From: Paragordius varius
Lineage: Eukaryota > Animalia > Nematomorpha
NCBI GenBank assembly: GCA_964247055.1
Contig: OZ176052.1
Location: 434,001-498,000 of the forward strand
Direction: 5' to 3'
Length of the DNA: 64,000 nt
Part shown: positions 52,342-64,000 of the stretch, one piece after another
Layout: every line of letters starts with the position of its first letter
How positions within the stretch are numbered: position 1 is the first letter of the stretch
Program-made: the position numbers and the translations under genes
Notes under the pieces: model-generated
What the model was told of the DNA's origin: nothing
The model's input: the letters and a program-made list of their open reading frames with translations, nothing else
The model's database searches: none

Positions 52342-53703
52342 TTTTATCACGATTTTCGCAACAAAAAAAAAAATGTATGTGTACAACAATGTTGCCAAAT
52401 TTGGAAACGAAAAAAATGAGAAATAAAACGAGAGAAAAAATTTTAGTGAAAGTTTTTTTAGCTGATATAGTACGCAAGGCAGTAAATATTATGTTGCCTT
52501 TGTTATAATTATATATAGTAATTTTATTTTAAACAATTGTTGTACCTTGAAAATGACGCATCTTTGCTACCATATTTATAATTATTGCTTTAAAAAAGTA
52601 TTTAAATATTTTCGTTGCTTATTAAACATAAAAGCAATATAAATAATAACAAAAAATAAAAGAGGAAAAATTAATTTATTAAATGCATAATTAATTGGCA
52701 TAGGATAACTGAATTCACCATTCAAATTCTTTCACACAATTTTCGTAACAAAAACTGTTGCCAGTGGAAATCTAAAAGAGTTTAAAAACTCAATCAACAA
52801 CTTGATTCAAATTGTAATCTCGCTCCATATCGATGAGATGCAAATTAGCAGCATTCTCATTAGTATTAGCCGTACTATCTTGAGAATTATTTTGAGTTCC
52901 ATTTTCCAACATTTTAAACAAATAATCGTTTTCGTGGATTAAAATACTCCTGAGATGACATAGGAAATCAATGTATTCATGAACAAATTTACATGTACTT
53001 ACCTATATAATTATTTTAGGAAGAAAAACCATAGTAGCCCGCGATTGTCCATTTACTACCAGATTGGGGACTTGACTTGCGGCTGAAATGGTTTGACTTA
53101 TCAAATTGCGGTGACGATTTCTTTGAAGTTAACAGTAATAGTTTAAATAAAAACCTTTCAAGTTCTGTATGCTTATCTTTATACGTGGTCATTTAATATT
53201 TTTCTAACGATTCAAAATAATATAGATATCAGACAAAAAAATCTAAAACCCTAATTAAAAGACCTGTCAAATTGTTTTTAAAAAGTTTATATTACATAAA
53301 ATTTTTCAAAAGTTCATTTGAGTGTTGAAAAAATAACGTTCCTAATTAATGGAAGTTGTTAATTAAAAATGACAGTTTTGAAAAGGCAAAAGGGGTACAC
53401 CACTTGTTATGTGTTATAAGATAGAAAATAAGTTATGTAAAAGTTTGAGTGACATATGAACTCTTGAAAAGTGAGATTTTTAATATTTTTAGCATTTATA
53501 GAAAAAATACAGTAGTGTATAGTAAAATTCAACGAATGGTTGAATTTAAACAATTTTATTCCTATATTTTAACATTTTGTTTATTTTATGAATAGACTTT
53601 ATTTTTTTGAAATATTATATATTACAAGTAAAAAAATTAGATAATACAAAATTTATTGATGATTGATTGCACCCAATAAATATATTTTGTTTAATGTTAA
53701 AAG

Positions 53704-53838
53704 GGGCCGCTTTTTTTGATAAAGAATCGTGCAACATTGTAGAGAAACATAGTTGTCCAAATCGAAGGCAAAGGACATCTTTCACGCCACATCAACTAAA
53801 AATATTGGAAAATGCATTCTCAGAATCCCACTATCCAG
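53704..53838 (+). pseudogene. Truncated homeobox exon copy, broken after ...SHYP
   Basis: Identical to the intact exon up to CACTATCCAG, then joined to the inverted S2 copy. Confidence 0.85.
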
Positions 53839-54993
53839 TAAAATCATTTATTAAAAAAAGAGGTAAAACGAGCTAACTCACAGAAAAATACGCATAAAAA
53901 GGGTTTAACTCTATTTACAGTAGCGTATGCAGTAAAAGATTGTTAGTGAAAAATAATCTTAATGAACACAAAACAGGGGGACAATTTTCATATATTAATT
54001 ATCATTCAGTCCTATTTATAAACATATCCATAATATCACCCTGTTTTGTGTTCATTAAGATTATTTTGCACTAATAATCTTTTACTGTATACGCTACTGT
54101 ACTATTCCTCAGATCTTTATTAATCATTTAGTATTAGGAAAATGTCAGTAACAAATAAATTATATGATGATCCGTATACTTTTTTAGGGCAGTTTTTTAC
54201 CCTGGAACGATATCTAAAATCAGTAAATAAATGCTTAAGGATCCTTATTTCAGACTTTTAGTATAAAAATTATTAAAATCTTTTTTATTACATTTTGACA
54301 GCTAATTATTAATAATTATAAAATAAGTCGTTTGTTTTAATTCGCTTATACTTGTACATAAATTTTACTTTAAAATACCTTCCTGTCTATATGTGTATCG
54401 TTTTTTATAATATTTATACAAACAACAAACAAGTTTATAGCAATCGGAACACCTTCTTATGTATTTGAAGCAAGGGTTCTCAAGTGTTAATAATATAAGG
54501 CAGTAACTAATTTGAAAGTTTTTACGTAATAATTTTATTAAGGCAATGTGATATAAATTTACATCAAAAAGATACTTACATAATTCAGAATTCTTCAAAA
54601 GAACCCCTATTATTTATAATCTTATAAACTTTATTTATATGTTTAAATATCTATAAAAAATACATTGTAAATTTAAAGGTCTTCAATCTATTCTACTAAA
54701 TTGTTCTATATATATACATATACCATTTAAAATTTAAATTCACCCTTGAACGATTCAAATTCACCCTCGAACAATTTAAATTCATTCCAAAATAAAATGT
54801 GTTTTTTTAGATTAAAAAATACCTATATTTTTTAATATTTTTAAAAAATAAAATTTCGTTTAAAATTAACATATTACTGAAAAAATAATAATTTATGCCA
54901 TTAGAATTTGCTTTTTTATAATGATGAAAATTTGCCCGAAAACACAATTTATTTTTAGGGTGAATTAGTTAAGGGTGAATTAGAATTGTAAAT

Positions 54994-55077
<84 letters not shown>

Positions 55078-55149
55078 GTATGACCGGCATGATTTTCGTA
55101 AAAAATTTATTCACTAAATAAATTTTATGTATAAATACAATGTTTTTAT

Positions 55150-55521
55150 TCAAATTTGCATATATGTTTTATGAAAGCCGTAAATTTCAGATTGTGGTAA
55201 TAGAGTCCTCTGATTTAAATAATGAAAGTCTTGATGAAATGTAGACGAGTCGATTGCAATGTTATAATTTGAGTTTGTCGATTGATAACCTTGACAAAAT
55301 GGTGTATTTGAAACAATCGGATTTTGATTTCGTATTAATTTGGGATTATTTATATGAATAGTATTTGCATTGGTTGTTGGTTCTAAGACCTTTCCAGATA
55401 AAGATACTTTTTGAGATTTGGAAAATGCATTATTTAAGTACTTTTGCTTACTGCAAGATTTTATGGCGAGCAAATTGTGATCGTTTTTGCGATATTTTGC
55501 TCTCCGGTTTTGAAACCATAT
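55150..55521 (-). CDS. PRD-class homeobox gene, last exon (IWFQNRRAKYRK...YMQI*)
   Basis: Acceptor ttag|ATATGGTTTCAAAACCGGAGA, in frame with ORF 55150-55473. Confidence 0.85.
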   Translation of the reverse strand: MWFQNRRAKYRKNDHNLLAIKSCSKQKYLNNAFSKSQKVSLSGKVLEPTTNANTIHINNPKLIRNQNPIVSNTPFCQGYQSTNSNYNIAIDSSTFHQDFHYLNQRTLLPQSEIYGFHKTYMQI

Positions 55522-55776
55522 CTAATATTAGATAAGGCATTATACTTTATTTATTAAATAATTTATATAATTAATATTTGTGTTACTTAATGGATTTAAT
55601 CTAAATGTCAAATCATCATATAATTTTCAAAAAAAAGTGTTAAATTAATTTAATTATGAAAAAATTATCCAATTAAAACCACTAATTAATAATATTGGTA
55701 CATAACACATTCTTTGCTAAATTCTATATTATAATTGTGGCATAATTAATTTAATGAAGTTTAAAAATAAATAAAC

Positions 55777-55970
55777 CTGAATTTTGGCTTCGTTTAAGTG
55801 AATAAGTTTGGCCAAGTCCTCACGAGCATAAACATCTGGATAGTGGGATTCTGAGAATGCATTTTCCAATATTTTTAGTTGATGTGGCGTGAAAGATGTC
55901 CTTTGCCTTCGATTTGGACAACTATGTTTCTCTACAATGTTGCACGATTCTTTATCAAAAAAAGCGGCCC
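55777..55970 (-). CDS. PRD-class (Q50 paired-like) homeobox exon, residues 1-46
   Basis: [45 protein letters not shown], then a GT-AG intron 55776-55522 at the 46/47 position typical of the PRD class; start exon not located. Confidence 0.9.
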
Positions 55971-57336
55971 CTTTTAACATTAAACAAAATATATTTATTG
56001 GGTGCAATCAATCATCAATAAATTTTGTATTATCTAATTTTTTTACTTGTAATATATAATATTTCAAAAAAATAAAGTCTATTCATAAAATAAACAAAAT
56101 GTTAAAATATAGGAATAAAATTGTTTAAATTCAACCATTCGTTGAATTTTACTATACACTACTGTATTTTTTCTATAAATGCTAAAAATATTAAAAATCT
56201 CACTTTTCAAGAGTTCATATGTCACTCAAACTTTTACATAACTTATTTTCTATCTTATAACACATAACAAGTGGTGTACCCCTTTTGCCTTTTCAAAACT
56301 GTCATTTTTAATTAACAACTTCCATTAATTAGGAACGTTATTTTTTCAACACTCAAATGAACTTTTGAAAAATTTTATGTAATATAAACTTTTTAAAAAC
56401 AATTTGACAGGTCTTTTAATTAGGGTTTTAGATTTTTTTGTCTGATATCTATATTATTTTGAATCGTTAGAAAAATATTAAATGACCACGTATAAAGATA
56501 AGCATACAGAACTTGAAAGGTTTTTATTTAAACTATTACTGTTAACTTCAAAGAAATCGTCACCGCAATTTGATAAGTCAAACCATTTCAGCCGCAAGTC
56601 AAGTCCCCAATCTGGTAGTAAATGGACAATCGCGGGCTACTATGGTTTTTCTTCCTAAAATAATTATATAGGTAAGTACATGTAAATTTGTTCATGAATA
56701 CATTGATTTCCTATGTCATCTCAGGAGTATTTTAATCCACGAAAACGATTATTTGTTTAAAATGTTGGAAAATGGAACTCAAAATAATTCTCAAGATAGT
56801 ACGGCTAATACTAATGAGAATGCTGCTAATTTGCATCTCATCGATATGGAGCGAGATTACAATTTGAATCAAGTTGTTGATTGAGTTTTTAAACTCTTTT
56901 AGATTTCCACTGGCAACAGTTTTTGTTACGAAAATTGTGTGAAAGAATTTGAATGGTGAATTCAGTTATCCTATGCCAATTAATTATGCATTTAATAAAT
57001 TAATTTTTCCTCTTTTATTTTTTGTTATTATTTATATTGCTTTTATGTTTAATAAGCAACGAAAATATTTAAATACTTTTTTAAAGCAATAATTATAAAT
57101 ATGGTAGCAAAGATGCGTCATTTTCAAGGTACAACAATTGTTTAAAATAAAATTACTATATATAATTATAACAAAGGCAACATAATATTTACTGCCTTGC
57201 GTACTATATCAGCTAAAAAAACTTTCACTAAAATTTTTTCTCTCGTTTTATTTCTCATTTTTTTCGTTTCCAAATTTGGCAACATTGTTGTACACATACA
57301 TTGTTTTTATTCTTTGTTGCGAAAATCGTGATAAAA

Positions 57337-57627
57337 ATGCAACCAAATTATAATTCTTGCCCACATTCATTGCATGCGCATTGTTTTACAAGTCCAGCTT
57401 TTTGTGATTTTTGCGGTACCATGATTTTTGGTCTTATTCTCCAAGGACTAAAGTGCAGTGGATGTGGAAGGCCGTTTCATAAAAGGTGTGCCACAAAAGT
57501 CCCAAACGATTGTTCCCAAAGCCAATTATTTAAGCAAAGGAATAATTATTCGAGAAATAACCAAGAGGATTCAAATAATTTGGGAGACACAACAGCTGGT
57601 CGAATTATATCTAATCCTGTCGGCAAG
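57337..57627 (+). CDS. Protein kinase D-like C1a domain exon
   Basis: [50 protein letters not shown] fits the C1 spacing H-x12-C-x2-C-x13-C-x2-C-x4-H-x2-C-x7-C; exon end uncertain. Confidence 0.8.
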
Positions 57628-58531
57628 GTTTAGTTATTTAAAATTTTCAATCCATTTGACCGCTGATATGTTATGTTATGGTTTTTGAATTTTTAATTAG
57701 ACATTATAAAGCCACATATCGTTAAAAATAAGACGGTAGATCCGGTTTTGCATTGCTATATAGATAAACGCTTATTAATTTGGCCAAAATACCATTATAT
57801 CAAAATACAGTAACGTTTGGTATATGACCAAGTGTGTTGACAATAAAAAGAGTTTTTAAACATATATTTTTTTAACAATAAAAATTGAGATTTTACAGAT
57901 AACATCATAAAAGCAAAAGACAATTATTTTTAAAAATATAACAACCATACCTTTTCAAACTTTTATTTTACCCATATAAACTAATTACAATTTTGAAATT
58001 TAGAATTGAGTGTGTTACTAATTTGGGCTAAGGTTAAATTTGACCTTGAAAATTGCTTATATTTTGTCTGTATAATTTCCATATTTACTGTAATTACAAT
58101 AAAAATTGAAATTATACGGACATAACGTAAAAATTTAAGGACAAATATTTTTTAAAAGACAATTAACTTTTTAAAACCTTAATTCTTCTCATATACAATT
58201 GTAATATGGATTGTGTTAGTATTATAATCTCTTCTCTTTTTGCCATTTAAAACAATGATATATTGCTATAAAAAGATTAAAAGTATGGTTGTCATTTAGA
58301 TAAAAATATTTGTCTTTATTTTTATTTGTCCGTATAATTTTCATTTTTACTGTAATTATAATTTCTCTATTAAACCACACGCTTTGGTCACTTAAACGCA
58401 TTTTTTTTATATTATAATAGAGTGAATTCGGAATAAAATCCACAACTGCCCCAGAAGACATTGGTATAATTATTTACACATTATATTTTATAAAACGCTT
58501 TAATTTGATATTTTCTTTAATATCTGTCAAG

Positions 58532-58657
58532 ATTCCGAAAGACGAACGCGTGGAATAAGCCACAATCTAGAAGCTCATACATATTATGTTCCGACCATTT
58601 GCCTTTCCTGTAAAAAATTACTTTTAGGTCTCAGAAGACAGGGATTACAATGTACAG
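58532..58657 (+). CDS. C1b domain, first-half exon
   Basis: HNLEAHTYYVPTICLSCKKLLLGLRRQGLQCT, then a G|GTTAGT donor; not in the supplied ORF track. Confidence 0.8.
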
Positions 58658-59207
58658 GTTAGTTAAAACAGTTTTCAAAACATGTAAAAAAAACCATTTT
58701 TCAAATAATAGAGTTAGTCCGGTATAGTGGCCGAAAAAATACTGTCCAAATATGAAGTCGGTTAATTTTTTTTTAAGGTTAATGATTTGATTGTGGTTTC
58801 ATTTCCAAAAATAAATGCCTTACTATTATAAATAAACATAAAATGCAAAAATTAACCACATATATTAATTACATGCCATTCTTGTTTAAAAAACTTTTTG
58901 TTCGAATAAAATAGAAAACAAAATTGGAAAGAACTTTAAACATGTATTAAAAATTGGTAACGTTTCTTGAAAAGCTACAATATTTAAAGAAAAGTTTTTT
59001 ATAATTGAGTTTTATTGCTTGAATTTTTATTTTTACCAGCATTTTAGTTTGGAAACCGTCTTTGTCTGTTACACCAACCATTCATGTTTCATTAAAAAAA
59101 CTTTTTTTTCTCAAATATATAATAAACTTATTATTTAAATATAACATTACAACTATGCATTTTGATAATTTATGCTTTAAAAAATATTTTATTTAAAAAT
59201 ATTTTAG

Positions 59208-59302
59208 CTTGCCATTTCAATTGTTGCAGGAAATGCGCCCCCAGCCTTCAGCCCAATTGCATCGGAATCCAATCCGAAAACCAAACTTTAATTCATTCTT
59301 AA
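59208..59302 (+). CDS. C1b domain, second-half exon, ending in a stop
   Basis: ttttag|CT TGC CAT... gives (A)CHFNCCRKCAPSLQPNCIGIQSENQTLIHS*; phase matches the upstream donor. Confidence 0.75.
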
Positions 59303-61439
59303 TTTGAATCAAATTCGCTATTGTCTATACAAATCGATCTTCTATGCACTTTAACGAAAATCACGATTAAATTATTTATTTATCATTTTTATGAAGAGCA
59401 CATCGGAAATTTCCATTTTGCTAAAGGATTTGCATCAATGTTGTATATGGTAATTTTATACATGCAACATTCTGGATTATTCTATTACATAATAAATAAA
59501 AAGTAAGAATTTTAATAAAAACCTGATCAGGATATATTAAAACTTCGTTTAAAATTTTGTGCAAACCCTCCTAAAAGTAAAAAACAAATTTAAAACGGCT
59601 TAGGATAATTTGTGCCAAGCTATCATGATTTTTAAAAAAATGTGTTAAACTGAAGCTTATCACAAATTAAATTTACCAACTATCTTTATTTATGGAAAAA
59701 CTTTTTTTGTATCTTTTTGGTTAAACTCCTTTAAGATAAAAAGTAGTATTTATAGAACATGATGTATATAATTGGCAGTTTAAATTCTGAAAGGGTTTGC
59801 AAAACATACGATTTTTGAGACCGGTTTTTATATATTTAACCAAAGCCATATTATATCTATAATAATAGGTCCATATCACTTTTAAAGTTTGTGCGGCAAT
59901 TAGCGAGAAATTATTTTAGGATATTTACATTCTTCGACCTTTTATCCGCATTATTTTTTTATTGTAAAATCCCGAATAAGACTGAAAATATATATATATA
60001 TATATATTTGATAAAAATTACAAAGGCCACTAAAATGTAAAAAATATTTATTAGCTATAAAATTAAAGTAAATTAATGGTACTTAAGCATAGAAAACATT
60101 TTACAGTCGGCATTTTAATGGTTGCTTAATCCACAAGGGTTTGGAAATATGTGCAGTATTGTATAGAAAAACAACAAAATGGTTAATAAATTATTTCTTT
60201 TTTCCATACACTACTGTGTTGTGAATCGCCCAATGTAAAATAAGCAACCATAAAATGCATAATGCACATTTAACGTACTTAACACTTAGATTCAAATTGG
60301 GGTATTTAAATACCCCAAACTAAATTTAAAATATATTTCTAAAAAACTACTGAAGTAAACAGTCCAATTTAAATTTATGCTTCTACCTAATAAAAATTTT
60401 ATAAAAGAGCCAAATTATCTAAATAAAAGTTCAATTTGAAAAAAAAGTTTATTTTCAAACTACCTAAATGCCATTTTTATTTTACAAAAAAATTGCAAAG
60501 TGTTTCGTTGATTCTAATGTGAAATTAAAGCTAATTTTTATTAATAGAAATAGCAAGAATGGTTTATTATGTATTATTATTCAATTTAGTCAATGCACAT
60601 ATGTTACATTGATTATATTTTTACCTTTGAGTTTTACATTAAAAAAGAAATATTTAGTATTTTTGAATAAAATTTATTATATATTTCGCTTTGTGCAAAA
60701 TTTTGCCAGTTTCGATTCCTTCTGTATAATTTAAATTATTTAATTTTAAACAGGCCTGAGGTATCCAACTAACCCAATTTTAATCGAAGGACTGAAATGA
60801 ATGGCTTGTATACAAGTGTAAAAATTTGGACTTTATTGAACGGATGCATATTTGTGTATTATCTGTCTCAAAATTCACTTATTTAATAAACCCTATTTTT
60901 ATAAGTGTATGGCTAAACGTGAGGGGATAATTATCAAAAAGGGCATACTAAATACAAAAAGTACTTTATTAAACCTGGCCCACACGTTTTTCGGAAACGT
61001 CGTTCAAACTTAAAATCGGACTTCTATTTTTTGGAAAAACCCGATTTTTACACGGGGTGGAACAAAACAGAGGGCCTAATATAAAGTCGGCGTATTGATA
61101 AATGATTGATTAATTTTTACTATTGCAATTGGAATGGGCATACGTTTTCCCCAAGCTTTAGGCTCACACCTCTTATTTTTATTAATACATAGATTAACTT
61201 TGGAAAATTTTAACTTACAATTTATTTGATATTTTTTTAGTTTTATAGAGGTATTTGTTATTATCTAATTTCATAGCGCGAATTTTGGATAAAGTTAAAA
61301 AATGTCCAAATGAAAAGTTTTTATATTTTCAGGAAATGAGGGTTTGATAATAAATTTTAACCAAAAAACTTTCAGAAACAATATTTTGTCTACTTAAAGC
61401 ACTGGGCTGTAAACTCGTAAAAAAATCAGATAATAAATA

Positions 61440-61716
61440 CACAAATTTATTGATGATTGATTGCTCCTAATATATATATTTTGTTTAATTTTAAAAAGGA
61501 CGGCTCTTTCTGATAACGAATCATGCAACATTGTAGAGAAACATAGCAAAGGAATCCTTCACTCCACATCAATTGTATATATTGGAAAATGCATTCTCAG
61601 AATCCCATTAGCCAGATATTTATGCTAGGGAGGACTTGGCCAAGCTTATACACTTAAACCAAGCTAAAATTCAGGTTTATTTATTTTTAAACTTAATTAA
61701 ATTAATTATGCCACAA
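61440..61716 (+). pseudogene. Older degenerate copy of the homeobox exon and its flanks
   Basis: Matches 55729-56030 in reverse complement, with an internal deletion and CAC TAT changed to CAT TAG (stop). Confidence 0.85.
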
Positions 61717-61759
61717 AAACAACATAATGTAATAAATTTTAAAAAAATTTAAAATTACA

Positions 61760-62688
61760 CGACTTAAGTCAAGCAAAAAAACTTGATTTGGAGGTGATAA
61801 AAAATTGAAGTAAAACTTAAAGATTTTGCAAGTGTGGTGCAGGGCACACTTGACAGATTTAAAAATATGATTAAAATTATTTTGGAAACTATTTATGTAT
61901 AAAATGTAGGTTTTATATGTTATTAAAACCTTTGTTATTAATATAAATTTTTAGTCTAAATTTGGGCTAATAAACCTATTCTAATTGGGTGGGAAAAAAG
62001 GATAAATTCTCATAATAACTCTGCTAATATTTAATAATTGCATATAAAAATGTGCCAAACATATCGATTCCGTGAACCCGCAAAATTCTCGAAAATTTCT
62101 TAAAAATAATAATTTCTTAAATATTAATCTTGTATAATTTCGAATCTTCGTTAAATAAACGCTAAAGGTTACTTCACTATTTATTAACTAAGGTAAAGAA
62201 TTTATATTATAAATTTATTTCAAATGTAATGTTGATAATCAATAATAATATGTTATTTGTATAAACACTCCCCATTATATTTGCAAATGGACTCCTAACA
62301 AATGAGTAGTGTGGTAAAATAATAAACAGTATTTTAAGAGCGAATGGTTTCATCAACTTAATAATTATTAAGGGGCTTAATATGTAGAAAAATCTGCGAC
62401 ATTAAACAAGATACGTATTAAAGAGTTTGAGAAACTTCAATAAATGCATATTGTATTAATTGTTTATCTTTTGGTGCCTTATTTTATAGAGTTTGGCTGA
62501 AAATCATCAAAATAATTTTCGCAAAATTCGAATGGGTGGCAAAAAAATGTTACATTCATAACCAAAAGACTTGACTTGTGTATTTTTTTTCACTGATCTT
62601 CAAGTATACACTTGCTGGCTTAAATAAACATGCTCAACTTGGCACACTTGATTTACAAGTCAAGTGCGACTATTTTATCACCCACCCA
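61760..62688. mobile_element. Third copy of the Harbinger-like repeat
   Basis: Collinear with 7700-8781; ends tattttatcacaccccc. Confidence 0.65.
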
Positions 62689-63248
62689 TAATATTTTATG
62701 AAAAATTTAGCTATATTTTATGAATGTAGATTTAGCTTTAACCAAAAAAATTTTAATACATTCGCAAATTTTTCTATTTTCTGATATCGAACTCTTAGCA
62801 CAAAAGTGTAACTTCACGTGTAAGCCTTAAACCAAAAGCATCATTCCTGCATTTTACTATCGTAATATAAATATTTCATCATTTTATCCTTATAATACTA
62901 AACAATGTTTGATAATTATAATAAAATAGTTAAAACCAGTATTATAGTTAAAAGATTGAGCTCTGAGATATGTAACTTTCCCAATATGTCATCGCGGACA
63001 AAAAAGTTAAACAGGTCATGAAGTGCTAATTCAAGCAAAAATTCATAAGGCTTGAATGCACGGGCAAAATTAGACATAAATATAAATCTATATTTTCAAA
63101 ATAAAATATTATGTTATACTTTAAATGCTGTTCGCAATCATCATGGTTTTATTTTAATTTATTTTACATATACATATTTTTTAAATACTACATATTTTCG
63201 ACATGCTTCCACCATTTTTTATTATCGCGCATTTCTCTTAGTGTTTAA

Positions 63249-63799
63249 CACTTGGATACAACACATTCATTTTAGTCTTTCGATTTCGGGGTAGTAATAC
63301 CCCAGGACTGTTTAAAATTATCTTTAAAAATTATGGAAGGAATCGAAACCTCGGCGTTTTGCACTTACAATAAATCGAAATATATAAAAAAATTATACAA
63401 AAATACTTGATATTACATATTTTAAGGTAAAAACTAAATAAAAAATTTAGTCAGCGTGACATGTCTGCAATGGTAAAATTGAAAAATAATATAAAATAAA
63501 CCGCTTTTTTAAATTCTAATGTTAGTTGTAATTTAAATAATAAATTAGCTTTAATTTACCCTTAAAATTAAATGGACGATATTTTGCAAATATTTTGTAA
63601 AATAAAAATGGCGTCAAAGTTGACATGGAACTTTTTTCTCCAAAACAATATTTTATTTGGATATTTTGGCATATTTATATAATTTTTATTAGGATATGAG
63701 CATAAATTTAAATTGGAACCGTTTCGTACAGTAGTTTTTCAAAAATCCTAACTCAAATTTGATCTGGGGTATTTAGATACCCCAATTTGAATCGAAGTG
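63249..63799. mobile_element. TTAA-MITE
   Basis: TTAA|CACTTGGATACAAC...GAATCGAAGTG|TTAA. Confidence 0.8.
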
Positions 63800-64000
63800 T
63801 TAAATCAATTATTATTATCCCTATTTTTTAAATAAATGTTTTATATTCACTAGATTTATTTTAAACTTTTAATGGTTAAATAGGTTCATGAGGGCCTTCA
63901 TTGTATTATTTCTATCTATTGATTTTTAAACGCCATAGAACATTAAAATTTAGTAATAATTTGCCTAATGACATTTGTTTTCCATTTTTAATAATACTAC

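Larger units (their letters stand above)
50866..53838. repeat. Segment S3, inverted duplicate of 55836-58812
   Basis: Mirrored ORFs (51217-51456 = 58222-58461; 51990-52220 = 57458-57688); one 4-bp indel. Confidence 0.95.

Noticed and set aside
53667-53703. Start codon for the homeobox ORFs (also 56007)
   Set aside because: The codon is TTG and probably intronic; an AG acceptor lies just downstream
1-64000. Numerous 60-100-aa I/K/F/L/N-rich ORFs
   Set aside because: Expected by chance in very AT-rich DNA; many lie inside MITEs or begin at non-ATG codons

Overview
AT-rich eukaryotic (probably invertebrate) DNA with spliceosomal introns; no prokaryotic features. The window is a decayed U2 snRNA locus colonised by at least four diverged lineages of NeSL/Utopia-type non-LTR retrotransposons (RT + CCHC + restriction-like endonuclease, REL). 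No intact U2 gene is present. Five U2 3' fragments start at about U2 nt 38, each directly after a retrotransposon 3' tail, and one U2 5' fragment (nt 1-27) sits at a rearrangement breakpoint. One element keeps a 964-aa ORF (41097-43991, minus) whose first five codons come from flanking host DNA. Several element copies form head-to-head fold-back palindromes. The region 43977-61148 is a near-identical, multi-segment inverted duplication. It carries a PRD-class Q50 homeobox gene and a PKD-like tandem-C1 gene, and its breakpoints coincide with the two halves of the split U2 gene. The rest is MITE families (TTAA-, TA- and AAT-flanked), a decayed Gypsy pol, an RTE fragment with a 17-bp TSD, and tandem and microsatellite repeats. 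All alignments were done by eye, so coordinates of degenerate copies are approximate.
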